DNA of 63,693 bases, the filler included, from Reticulomyxa filosa (lineage: Eukaryota > Protista > Foraminifera), in the NCBI GenBank assembly GCA_000512085.1. It is 23 parts of 23 records of this genome, joined end to end, with 100 filler letters (N's around TTAATTAATTAA, not from the genome) between each part and the next. Parts side by side here need not be neighbours in the genome. Positions count along the whole stretch, not along the records: positions 53,167 to 55,080 come from ASPP01007576.1; positions 55,181 to 57,425 come from ASPP01021205.1; positions 57,526 to 59,224 come from ASPP01006515.1; positions 59,325 to 61,237 come from ASPP01007558.1; positions 61,338 to 62,572 come from ASPP01028600.1; positions 62,673 to 63,693 come from ASPP01013441.1; 17 more parts are not named here. One strand, 5' to 3'. The notes beneath the pieces are model-generated. The model searched no databases and was not told where the DNA came from. It was given only the letters and a program-made list of their open reading frames with translations. This document shows positions 53,203 to 63,693 of this stretch, piece by piece (position 1 is the stretch's first letter; each line of letters opens with the position of its first letter). Both the position numbers and the translations under genes were made by a program.

Positions 53203-54127
53203 TATGTTGACAATACGTTCTCAAGCACTTTTGTTTACAACAATAAGAAATATTTAATTGTACTTAAACCAAATTAGCATAAAGAAATCTAAAGCTACGA
53301 ACATTTACTGGGCACGTGCAAGTAAAATGTATTGTTGTAATATCGAAGCTGTCAACAATTATTATCACTGTATTACTAAAATCTTTACAAATTTCAGAAT
53401 TATAAAACTTTCAACATTACTCCTTTGCAAACTTTTATTTGTTGTTTATGATGTTTTCAGTATTCCTTTCATATCACAAACCATTTCAGCATATCAATAA
53501 TTGTCATACCTGAACTACAGCAAATTAAATTTTCTTTGCATGACTTCTAAGTCTTTTTTACATTTTATTACTTCGTCTAACACTATACTGATAAATTTTG
53601 CATGAAAATTTAATCAGAAAAGTAAAGAAATAAATCTTTGAAAATGTATTTTACTTTATTTATTCTGCTAGAACATTGACATGTGTTACATTATAGCAAT
53701 GTTGTGATAATCAATATGCGCTTTTTATAATGCGAATTATTAGGTTTCTTGTTTTAATGCTCGAGAAAACATTTAACCACACGATTGCCCACAACATGTG
53801 TGAAAATATAAATCTTCGGCGTAGTCCCATCAATAATAGAAGAGAATGAAAACAAACTCAATTAAAGACAAGTTAAATCAATCAAACACTAGGGAATTGA
53901 AGCAAGCATTTAAAGATTTTCCTATGAAAGGACAAACATGTACAAAAAATAAAAGAAAACTGTACATGTCATATTTTGTGAATATATTAATGTTTTTTGC
54001 AAAAAAAAGCCGGAAAGACTTGATTAAAGTGAGCATTCACATTTTGCGAGAGTGATCTGTTAGACGAGTGTGTCCAAGCACTTCCTTTTTCATAAAAGAA
54101 AAACTCTAACCAACGACATACAATCCC

Positions 54128-55044
54128 TTGTCATCCAAAAAAGAAGGGACAGTTTTGTCTTTTGAATTTTCTCATTACACTACGTTCTACTTAAGAAAAC
54201 TGGCTCAGTTGAAGAAAGGTGAATCGCCTTCGACGTTCGGCACTGACCAGTCGTCCATATCATTAAAAACAGTAACAAAAGACGGTGCCGGCAAGATAAA
54301 AGCAAAAGAGCGACGAATTGACCAATGGTATATTGACGAGACTTTGGGCAAAGGAAGTTTTTGCCGGTATCACTGACAAACGTCATAACCAAACAAAAAC
54401 TATCAACTGGCTCTATGCCCCTTTGCATCCATATATAACCCAAAAAAAAAAAAAAAAAAAAAAAAAAGAAGTAGTTAAAGGATACCATTGCAAAACAAAC
54501 CAAGTAGTGGCTCTCAAGTCTATTGATCGAAAAAAGTGCAGCTCCAAGAATTGGAATGACAAAGTTTTTGTCCTTTATTTTTAACAAAAAAAAAAAGTCC
54601 TTTGTCAAATTGAAAACTGCTACTAAAAAATAGCAAATCAATGAAATCGAAAAAGAGATCCAAGCGCTTGGGCAATTGAATCATCCAAACATCGCACGTT
54701 TATTGTCATACAACTTAAAGACCAAGTACTCCTGCAAAGTGAAGTATATACTTTTGTACCAAAAAAAAAAAAAAAGCAATATTATATCCAACTTGAATAA
54801 AACAAACAAACTAACAAAAAAAGAACCTTCGCACAACATACGACGTAACGCTGCTTGTGATGGAGTACATATCCGGTGGGGAGTTGTCAGACCTACTTTA
54901 TCACGACTCCAAAGTCAGCGAAATAGTAGCGAGGACCTACTTCAGACAACTCATCGACGCCTTGGAGGCATGTCATCAAGCCAACATTGTTCATGGTGAT
55001 ATCAAAATGCAGAGTCTATTGCTCGACCAACATTTTTCTTTAAA

Positions 55045-55045
<1 letters not shown>
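54128..55045 (+). CDS. CAMK/AMPK-like Ser/Thr protein kinase, partial; introns 54367-54468, 54564-54633, 54739-54823, next donor at 55046
   Basis: LGKGSF(AE)V after a one-T correction, VALK, EKEIQAL..LNHPNIARL, LVMEYISGGEL, YFRQLIDALEACH, HGDIK. Confidence 0.88.
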
Positions 55046-55080
<35 letters not shown>

Positions 55081-55180
55081 NNNNNNNNNNNNNNNNNNNN
55101 NNNNNNNNNNNNNNNNNNNNNNNNTTAATTAATTAANNNNNNNNNNNNNNNNNNNNNNNNNNNNNNNNNNNNNNNNNNNN

Positions 55181-57113
55181 TCGATCATTGGAAGGACATT
55201 CAAGTTGGGTTCTTTTTGTTGGATGTTCTCCTGATGGTTCTAAAATTGTATCAGGATCAAGTGACGAAATCATTCGAATATGGGATGTATCATCTGGAGA
55301 ACTAATTCGATTATTGAAAGGACATTCAAGAGCTATTTCTTCTGTTAAATTTTCTCCTGATGGTTCTAAAATTGTATCCGGATCATGGGATAAAACCATT
55401 CGAATATGGGATGTATCATCTGGAGAACTAATTCGATCATTGGAAGGGCATTTAGATACTGTTTGTTCTGTTGATTTTTTTCCTGATGGTTTTAAAATTG
55501 TATCAGGATCATTAGATAAAACTCTTCGAATATGGGATGTATTATCTGGAAAACTAATGAAAAAGTTGGAAGGACATTCAGCGTGTATCAATTCTGTTAA
55601 ACTTTCTCTTGATGGTTCTAAAATTGTATCAGGATCAGATGATGACACTATTCGAATATGGGATGCATCATCTGGAGAACAAGTTCAATTATTGGAAGGA
55701 CATTCAAATTATATTTATTCTGTTGAGTTTTCTCCTGATTGTTCTAAAATTGTATCAGGATCATGTGATAAAACCATTCGAATATGGGATGTATCATCTG
55801 GAAAACTAATTCAAACCTTGGAAGGACATTCAAATTTTATTTATGTTGTTGGGTTCTCTCCTGATGGTTCTAAAATTGTATCAGGATCACATGATAAAAC
55901 CGTTCGGATATGGGATGTATCATCTGAAAAACTACTTCGACCATTGGAAGGACATTCACATTGGTTTAATTCTGTTGACTTTTCTTTTGATGGATATAAA
56001 ATTGTATCAGGCTCATTTGATAAAACCATTCAAATATGGGATGTGTCATTTGGAAAACTTATTCGGTCATGGAACGGGCACTCAAAGTCTGTTACTTCGG
56101 TTAGATTCTCTCCTGATGGTTCTAAAATTGTTTCTGGTTCAAGAGATAAAACTATTCGAATATGGGATGTATCATCTAGAGAACTAATTCGAACATTGGA
56201 AGGACATTCAAATTTTGTTGATTCTGTTGCGTTCTCTCCTGATGGTTCTAAAATTGTTTCAGGATCATCTGATGATACTATTCGAATATGGGATGTATCA
56301 TCTGGAAAACTAATTCAAACATTGAAAGGACATTTAAATGTTGTTCGTTTTGTTAGATATTCTCCTGATGGTTCTAAAATTGTATCAGGATCATACGATT
56401 TCACTATTCGAATATGGGATGTATCATCTGGAAAACTAATTCGATCATTGGACGGACACTCTAATTATGTTAGTTCTGTTGAATTCTCTCCTGATGGTTC
56501 TAAAATTGTATCCGGATCACATGATGAAACCATTCGAATATGGGATGTGTCATCTGGAGAACAAGTTAAATTATTGAACGGACATTCAAGTGATGTTTGT
56601 TCTGTTGGATTCTCTCCTGATGGTTCTAAAATTGTGTCTGGATCATCTGATAATACCATTCGAATATGGAATGCATTGAATGGGTCTCAAATTCAATTAT
56701 TGGAAGGACATTCAAATGGTGTGCGTTGTGTTAAATTTTCTCCTGATGGTTCTAAAATTATATCAGGGTCAGTTGATAATACCATTCGAATATGGGATGT
56801 ATCATCTGGAGAACAAATTAACTTGTTAAAAGGACGTTCAGACACTGTTCAGTCTGTTCGACATTCCAATGAAGACGACATAAAGTTTTCTGTTGATCAT
56901 CCTAATTTTTCTGTCGATGAAAAACAAGAAGAATTACATTCAGAAAATGGAACTTTGTATTTGTCGAATGACGATGTGAAATTTTGGAAATGTGTTTTAC
57001 GTATTGGTGATGATGGTAAAGGTTTATCACTGAAAAACAGCATTTGGAAGGATGCAAAAGGTTTAACTATGTCACAAAAGTTTGTTGTGGAACAGCGTGG
57101 TGGAAGTTGCTAA
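55181..57113 (+). CDS. WD40-repeat protein with highly similar repeats, 5' partial (likely NACHT-WD40 sensor domain)
   Basis: 13 complete 42-aa repeats (LEGHS..V.SV.FSPDGSKIVSGS.D.TIRIWDVSSG) and a terminal cap GLSLKNSIWKDAKGLTMSQKFVVEQRGG. Confidence 0.95.
55188..56825 (+). repeat. 126-bp tandem coding repeat x13
   Basis: Near-identical DNA blocks such as CCTGATGGTTCTAAAATTGTATCAGGATC and ATTCGAATATGGGATGTATCATCTGGA recur every 126 bp. Confidence 0.95.
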
Positions 57114-57213
57114 ACAAAATTTTTTTTTATTTTTTAACACCATTTTACCAGAATATAATTTTTATTTTTGTTTAAATAAAAAAATTTCACGTATTATTGT
57201 CACTAATTTGCTA

Positions 57214-57400
57214 CAGTAAGTTGCAAAGAACTGAACGCCTAAAACGATATCTTATGATAATTGATTTTCTCCATGAAAAATCAACATTTAGACTTAATTT
57301 TTTTTTATTTTAAAAAAAATATCTACAAATCTTGTAGTTTTTAAATATGAAATTGGTTTTTTAATAACTTTTTTTTTGTTGGATGAAATCAACATTCTTT
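57214..57400 (+). mobile_element. MITE/Tc1-family copy truncated at contig end
   Basis: TA|CAGTAAGTTGCAAA.., shares GATTTTCTCCATGAAAAAT and AAATATCTACAAATCTTGTAG..TTTAAATATGAAATT with 12529-12725. Confidence 0.85.
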
Positions 57401-57525
57401 CAAATAATTTTATCCAACAAAAAAANNNNNNNNNNNNNNNNNNNNNNNNNNNNNNNNNNNNNNNNNNNNTTAATTAATTAANNNNNNNNNNNNNNNNNNN
57501 NNNNNNNNNNNNNNNNNNNNNNNNN

Positions 57526-57952
57526 GCTATGCCTGCTACCTGCCCAACCTGCGTGGCGTTGGCCACAGCGAGGGCGAGCACGATTACGGCGCCGGCGAGG
57601 TGGACGACGTGTTGGCGGTAGTGGCGCATGCCCGCGCCGAGCAGGGCGAGCTGCCGCTGGCGCTGGTCGGTTTTTCGTTTGGCGGTTTCGTGGCAGCGCA
57701 AGTGCGTGCCCGCATCGCGTCCGACAAGCTGCTGCTGATGGGCGTGGCGGTGGGCAAATACGCTATCCCCACGCCGCCGGTGCCGGCCGATACGTTGGTG
57801 ATCCACGGCGAGGCCGACGAGGTGATTCCGCTGTCGGCGGTCATGGATTGGGCGGCCCGCAGCATCTGCCGGTGATCGTGTTGCCGGAGGCCGGCCATTT
57901 CTTCCACGGCCGCCTGATCCAGCTGGGTAACCTGATCAAGCGTTGCTGGTAA
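57526..57952 (+). CDS. Bacterial alpha/beta-fold hydrolase, 5' partial; frameshift in the C-run at 57856-57858
   Basis: PNLRGVGHSEG, LVGFSFGG, IHGEADEV, and with one extra C WAAPQHLPVIVLPEAGHFFHG; GC-rich codon usage. Confidence 0.88.
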
Positions 57953-57980
57953 GCCTGCGGCCCGTGCGGCCAACCTTGCC

Positions 57981-58016
57981 AACCCCCGACAGCTTCGGCT
58001 GCGGGGGTTTTGTTTT
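57981..58016 (+). terminator. Rho-independent terminator
   Basis: AACCCCCG(A)CAGC-TTCG-GCTGCGGGGGTT stem with a cUUCGg loop, followed by a T-rich tail, about 30 nt after the stop. Confidence 0.85.
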
Positions 58017-58191
58017 GCTGGCACTTGCGGCGCGGCTTCATGCCTGCCAATGCTAAGCCCGCTTTGTTAAATTCCCCTGCGGAATATGGATGTCACTTTA
58101 TATTATTTTTTGTATCCAGTAGACAGCTATAGACTTGCCCTCCATATCAAACGACAAGCCGCTGCCACGCTGCAGCGGCACAGGGCAAGGC

Positions 58192-59201
58192 ATGATCGAA
58201 GTACAAAGCATCAGCAAACACTACCAGCACGGCGGCAAAACCATTGCCGCGCTGGATAACGTCAGCCTGCAGATTGCCAGTGGCGAGATCTACGGCATCA
58301 TCGGCCGCTCCGGCGCCGGCAAAAGCACGCTGATCCGCTGCCTCAACCTGCTGGAGCGGCCGGATACCGGCCACGTCAGCCTGCACGGCGAGGACATCAC
58401 CCGCCTGGACGAGCGCGCACTGCAACAACGCCGCCAGCGCATCGGCATGGTATTCCAGCATTTCAACCTGCTGCGCTCGCGCACCGTGGCGGCCAACGTG
58501 CGCTTTCCGCTGGAGCTGGCCGGTGGCCTGAGCCCGGCGCAGATGGACGCCCGCGTGGACGAACTGCTGGCGCTGGTGGGGCTGCAAGATCACAAACCAA
58601 GCGTCCGTCGCAGCTGTCCGGCGGCCAGAAGCAGCGCGTCGGCATTGCCCGTGCGCTGGCCAATCACCCCGACCTGTTGCTGTGCGACGAGGCCACCAGC
58701 GCGCTGGACCCGGAAACCACCGACGCCATCCTGGCGCTGCTGGCCGATATCAACCGCCAGCTGGGCCTGACCATCGTGCTGATTACCCACGACATGCGTG
58801 TCATCCGCCAGCTGTGCGACAGCGTGGCGGTGCTGGACCATGGCCGCGTAGTGGAGCAGGGCAAGGTGCTGGACGTGTTCCTGGCGCCGCAGCACGCGGT
58901 AACGCAAAGCCTGCTGGCGGAAACCGGCATGGGGCAGGGCGCACTGCAAGGCATCTGGCGCCAGCGTGTGGCCACGCCGGTGATCAAGCTCACCTTCGTC
59001 GGCGAGCCGACGCTGCAGCCGGTACTGGACAAAGTTGGCCGCGAGGTCGGCCTGCGCGTCAACCTGCTGTCCGGCACGCTGTCGGAAATCAAGGACACCC
59101 CGTTCGGCCAGCTGCTGGCCGGCGTGGTGGCGTCGGATGTAGACGTGTCGGCGCTGCCGGCCATCTTTGCCCGCGAGGGCGTGCGTTGCGAGGTGCTGTA
59201 A
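58192..59201 (+). CDS. metN: Methionine ABC transporter ATP-binding protein; frameshift in the A-run at 58594-58596
   Basis: IYGIIGRSGAGKSTLIRCLNLLERP, IGMVFQHFNLL.SRTV, QLSGGQKQRVGIARALA, LLCDEATSALDPETT, C-terminal NIL domain. Confidence 0.93.
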
Positions 59202-59224
59202 ATGGCGGATTTTGACTGGAGCCT
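59202..59224 (+). CDS. metI: Start of probable methionine ABC transporter permease
   Basis: ATG directly after the metN stop (MADFDWS). Identity is inferred only from conserved metN-metI order. Confidence 0.55.
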
Positions 59225-59324
59225 NNNNNNNNNNNNNNNNNNNNNNNNNNNNNNNNNNNNNNNNNNNNTTAATTAATTAANNNNNNNNNNNNNNNNNNNN
59301 NNNNNNNNNNNNNNNNNNNNNNNN

Positions 59325-60584
59325 AACATTTTTTCGGAGTAGTTCTTGGGTGTGATTGACTCGGTATTGCCATTTGTGCGTGCTATGTTGGGACGAGGAT
59401 TGATAGATTGGTGGAAAGGGATGAAACATGGAGGAGTGCAAAGTGCGGAAGCTTTGTTGGGTGCCGTTATTATCCAGCCATTTATACATGGACCATTTGA
59501 TATCCTTTGGAAGGTACACAAGAGCAACATTCATTTCCTTCTCAGGAGTCTGTGATTTCCACTGATCTTCATTGTATAGTGAATCGAAATAGTCACGCAA
59601 ATATGTTCTTGTCGCGTTTGTGTTTTGTCCTGGGAACAAATAGACGGCCAAATTCACTCCACCTTTTTTTTTTTTTGGAGGCAGTATATGTTTTTGTTTT
59701 TTCAAAATGTACAGAGGCACAAGAAAGATACCAGTCCATCGCGATAACATAGAGCGAAGTGTCGGCAAACGATCGATACTACATTGTGTAACGATGCTAA
59801 TGTAATCATAGGAAGTAATGGCGGTACGTCGGTTGGTCCACCAGAACAATTCGTAATCATACTTCAAAATGGGATACAAAGTCATATTTTCTTTCACGAT
59901 AAAATGGTCTTCCAATTCCGTAAATAACGACTCCACAAAACCAGCCACACCTGGAGTTATCACAGTCCACTTGCTCTTACTGAGGTTCGCAGCTTTGGAG
60001 TCACTCCGCTCTGTTTCTATATTGGACTCCACTTTTTCATCCTCGTTATTTTCATACTCCGCTTCACTTTCGTTCTCATTGTCTCCTTCTATTTCATTCT
60101 CATTGTCCTCGGTATCTTCATTGTCATTTCCGCTTTCATTTACATTCATATTCTCATTCTCGTTCTCTTCGATTTCATTTTCGTCGTTTTGCAATTGTCT
60201 GTTTTGCGCAGATTTCCCATTGGATCTATATAATCCACTTTTGACAACCATCTGATCGTCCTTTATTTGATTTAGAACATTCTCAAAATCTTCATCTATT
60301 GAAACTTTCATTGACCACCCACTCGTGCTCTTGTATGTTCCATTGATATAACAATGGAACAGCCAAATGCACAAGATCACCATCATGCAACACACTGCAA
60401 AGACATAGTGTCTCGAGACTTTTGATGTGTTTCTGTTCTTTGCCTCCGTTTGAGACCATTTTTTAAGGCGTTTGACCCGACTGGAAGCAAGATAAGTTTG
60501 TGGGGTATACACATCCCAAAGAATTTGTACAAATTTTGTGCAGCAATTATTTGAAATACTGCTTGGCGATGAAGAAGACAACAT
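59325..60584 (-). CDS. Type II membrane glycosyltransferase, GT49 (LARGE/B4GAT1-like), 3' partial; in-frame intron 59663-59731
   Basis: TM helix, acidic stem, then DYISIVTQCSIDRL..L..MLSRWTG|GVNLAVYL, typical of the GT49 N-terminus. Confidence 0.75.
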
Positions 60585-62672
60585 CCTTAATTTTTTTCTT
60601 TCCCTTTTTTTTACAAAACACCATGCCAAGTGTACAAGCACGTCAGTTGGCAAATTTCTAATTGTTGGAAAAGCATCAAAAACAAACAAAGTACAAGTTT
60701 TACTCTCATTTTTTCCAAAAAATATAACATTTAAATGATATTTTTGGAAAGACATAACAAAACAAAATATTATCCATTAATTTTGCAATTTTACAATGTA
60801 TTTTTTAAGTAAAATGAGCTAAGCATTTGTCTTTGTCAACTGTAATGCACAATTTGCAATATCTTTAAAGAGAAGTGGCTTCTGACCTGCGAACACAGCG
60901 CCAAGGACAAACACGTGCAACAAACTTTTTACCTTTTTTTTTGGCACTGTTTTCTTTTTCGCTTCTATATTCGTTTATTTTTGCCGTTAAAAATGGCACC
61001 AAGACTCACGTCTAACCAAAATAAAAAAAAAAAGAAGCGCTCACCTGGAAAGTGCCGAAGCACAGAGTTGCAGGAGAAGATTAATAAATTTTCGTCAGCA
61101 GTGAGAGACTATGTTGGGGTTAAGAAAAGTGGCAATGCTAGGTAAAAAAAAGCAATTTTGTACAACGCGTTGTCGCTTGGATGTACTTTTTTCTTCCCCT
61201 TTTTTTTAAAGCTCTATCGTGACCTGTTTCACTCCAANNNNNNNNNNNNNNNNNNNNNNNNNNNNNNNNNNNNNNNNNNNNTTAATTAATTAANNNNNNN
61301 NNNNNNNNNNNNNNNNNNNNNNNNNNNNNNNNNNNNNAAAATATCCATCATATGATGGCATTGGAGTAGTTGAAAAAAATTGTCCCAGTTCAATCGTGGA
61401 CAATCTTTCTTCATGGTAGGCTTGCTTTCGTTCGTGGTCGGGCAGCACCAAGATCCAGAAAGAAAAAGCGTAAAAATACCAAAAAAAAAAAATAACATTG
61501 ACATTACGATATCAAAACAGCAGCAGTGATTTGATCGTTCGAAGAGACGGAAGAAATAGAAGACAAAGAAGAAGATAGTGCGGACGTTGCAAGAAACAAT
61601 CACACTCTCACATGGAACCATTCTTCTGATGTCGTGGCTCCAATTTTGTGGATAAGTTTGGCGATACTCAATTCAAGATCATTACCAAATAAGAAGAGGG
61701 GGGGATGATGCAAAAAAAGATTATTACAAGGCAATACCATCGTTGGGCTTGTTTTAAAGAGAAAAAAAAATCGTTTGCCGATGTTAATTTGGTTATGGTT
61801 ATTCACACAAAAGTGGCGACTTTGCGCATTCTTAATATGGATTAATTTCACATAGTGCGCCCCTTCAACGGAAGCTACTGGACGGCGTGTGACAATATCA
61901 AGCGCAGTGTCAATGATGATAACGACGGCCACAAAACGGACTCTCAAGAAGACTCGCTTCATTTCAAAGTCTGACATAACATTCACGTCGCAAAATGGTG
62001 TCATTCGTTTCATTGGAACCACCGAGGCAACTGCCACTAATGAAATTATTTGCATTGGGCTTTGTGCAATTTCTTGTTTGTAATAATGAACAAACAAACA
62101 AATAAAAATATATGTACGTCTTTATATGTATACTTGTTATTATTATTTATAATTAATTTGTTTTGTTTTTGTGATTAAGAACTAGATTCGTGAGTGTAAA
62201 TGCAAAAGATTGGAGCAAGGCGGAAAAAGTGCTGTTTGGACATATCATATGGCCAATGGATAGTTTGCGTGCAGAAAGGCAATCTCCAATGCAGTGAGGA
62301 TCCGCATAATAAAGAACTGCTATGTGAAATTGAAAGGCTTGCAAAGTATGATGAAATTTAATGGTCGAATGGTAAAACGATCAAATACGTACAAAAAAGC
62401 GACGATGAAGGTAACAATAATAAAAAGAAAGAAACACTTGGGAATGAAGGAAGAAAACGTGACTCCATTGTTTAACTGGGAAATACCATCGGATGCTGCT
62501 CACTGACGATTGACCCGAATACACTTTATCGGAGACCATGTTCGAACAAGAGACAGTGTGATTGGAATCGTTNNNNNNNNNNNNNNNNNNNNNNNNNNNN
62601 NNNNNNNNNNNNNNNNTTAATTAATTAANNNNNNNNNNNNNNNNNNNNNNNNNNNNNNNNNNNNNNNNNNNN

Positions 62673-63439
62673 ATGTCCAGCGCCAGCTTCAGGTTGTTGC
62701 CGTGCACCGGTGGCGTGCGGCGCAGGCTGCGCACGGCGCGGCCACCGGCGTCGGTTTCCACTTCTTCAAAGCCGTTGCGGCCGTGCAGTTCGTTTTCGTA
62801 TACCGCCTCCAGGCCCAGTTTGCCGATATGGGTGGCGCCACGGTAGTTGGCCAGCTGTGCTTCTTCTTCCAGCTTTTGCTGGTCGCGCTGGTTGATGCGG
62901 CCGATATAGCCCAGCACGTGGCTGGTGAGCTCTTTGTATGGATAGTCGCGGAACAGGCGCGCCTTCACTTCTACCCCCGGAAAGCGCCAGGCGTTGGCCG
63001 CAATGCGGGCGGCTTCTTCTTCGGTGAGCTTCAGCTTCAGCGGAACCGGTTCGAACTCCTTGCTTTCAGCGAGAAACTTGCGAAACCGGCGATCATCGCG
63101 TGGCGTGATCTCCACCATGCTGCCCAGCGCCTTGATGGTGGCTTCCATATCGTCCATCTTGGCGGGGGTAATCTCCAGCGTATAGGCGGCATGGTTCTGC
63201 GCCAGCACCACGCCGTTGCGGTCCATGATCAGACCGCGGTTAGGCTGTACCGGTACCAGCGAGATACTGTTGTTTTGCGCCAGCGTGGCAAAGTGCTCGT
63301 ACTGCATGACCTGCAGCCAGATGAAGCGGGCGGCCAGCACCAGCAGCATCAGCACCATGAAGGCGTAGGCAATGACCAGGCGCAGCTGGAACTGGCCTTC
63401 TTCGGCTTGCGGGTCTTTCAGGCGGGTGGGGCGCTGCAT
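62673..63439 (-). CDS. mrdA: Penicillin-binding protein 2, 3' truncated (bacterial)
   Basis: TM anchor, LQV, PNRGLIMDRNGVVLA, RDYPY, SHVLGYIGRI, IGKLGLEAVYENELHG; downstream of mreD. Confidence 0.95.
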
Positions 63440-63445
63440 CGGGCG

Positions 63446-63693
63446 TCAGATCGTGTGATGGCGGTAGGGAAGCAGCAGCAGCTTGGTCAGCAGCGGCCAC
63501 AGCAAAGCGCCCATCAGCGGTGGCAGGAAGTAGCTGGCGCCGACAAAAGCCGAACCCAGTACCAGCCGCACCAGCGCCATGATCAACTGGTTGGCCAGCA
63601 TCAGCGTCATCACTACCAGCGCCTGCTGGCCCAGGTTGAACATCACCAGCTGGCGCTGGCGCAGCATCACCAGATAAGTGGTGACCGAGTAGG
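63446..63693 (-). CDS. mreD: Rod shape-determining protein MreD, 5' truncated (bacterial)
   Basis: Hydrophobic ORF with QQAL and GALLWPLL motifs immediately upstream of mrdA. Confidence 0.85.
   Translation of the reverse strand, partial: YSVTTYLVMLRQRQLVMFNLGQQALVVMTLMLANQLIMALVRLVLGSAFVGASYFLPPLMGALLWPLLTKLLLLPYRHHTI

Noticed and set aside
55133-56659. Antisense ORFs over the WD40 repeats, myosin, AQR and metN
   Set aside because: These are shadows of repetitive or biased coding sequence with no independent motifs.
57426-59324. Bacterium-to-protist horizontal transfer, or a functional gene cluster spanning spacers
   Set aside because: There is no physical junction with host DNA; adjacency results from concatenation.
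61338-62572. Protein-coding gene in this contig
   Set aside because: Composition is coding-like on the plus strand but every frame is interrupted and no family is recognisable. It is probably a decayed gene and cannot be supported as a call.

Overview
This window is not one locus. It is 23 short assembly contigs joined by 22 artificial 100-bp spacers (N44-TTAATTAATTAA-N44, stop codons in all six frames), so neighbouring genes across spacers cannot be assumed linked. Twenty-one contigs are AT-rich, intron-containing protist DNA, most consistent with a foraminiferan such as Reticulomyxa: the polyubiquitin junction has the Rhizaria-type one-residue insertion (LRGG-A-MQ), and there are NACHT/WD40/CAP-Gly family members and several decayed genes. 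Two contigs (57526-59224, 62673-63693) are GC-rich bacterial DNA (hydrolase-metN-metI; mreD-mrdA), probably from a co-sequenced betaproteobacterium. Recognisable eukaryotic genes: NACHT NTPase, Rab1-like GTPase, PI3K-family kinase, Golgi sulfotransferase, PYROXD2-like oxidoreductase, PIG-M, RPA12, acyl-protein thioesterase, myosin, ALDH, Aquarius, EEP hydrolase, mS33, Ser/Thr kinase, WD40 proteins and a GT49 glycosyltransferase. Single-base homopolymer indels break many genes in both eukaryotic and bacterial contigs, which points to sequencing error. Best leads: (1) an unexplained tandem array of alternating motifs folding into conserved stems with variable tips (22746-23046); (2) NLR-like NACHT plus near-identical WD40 repeats with hypervariable positions; (3) introns with T-rich 5' ends and poly-A rather than polypyrimidine 3' ends; (4) a myosin with a PH domain and a spliced-on CaaX box; (5) a Rab whose CXC motif lies beyond two in-frame TGA codons; (6) a micro-exon chain with a duplicated exon; (7) a Tc1/mariner-type MITE family.
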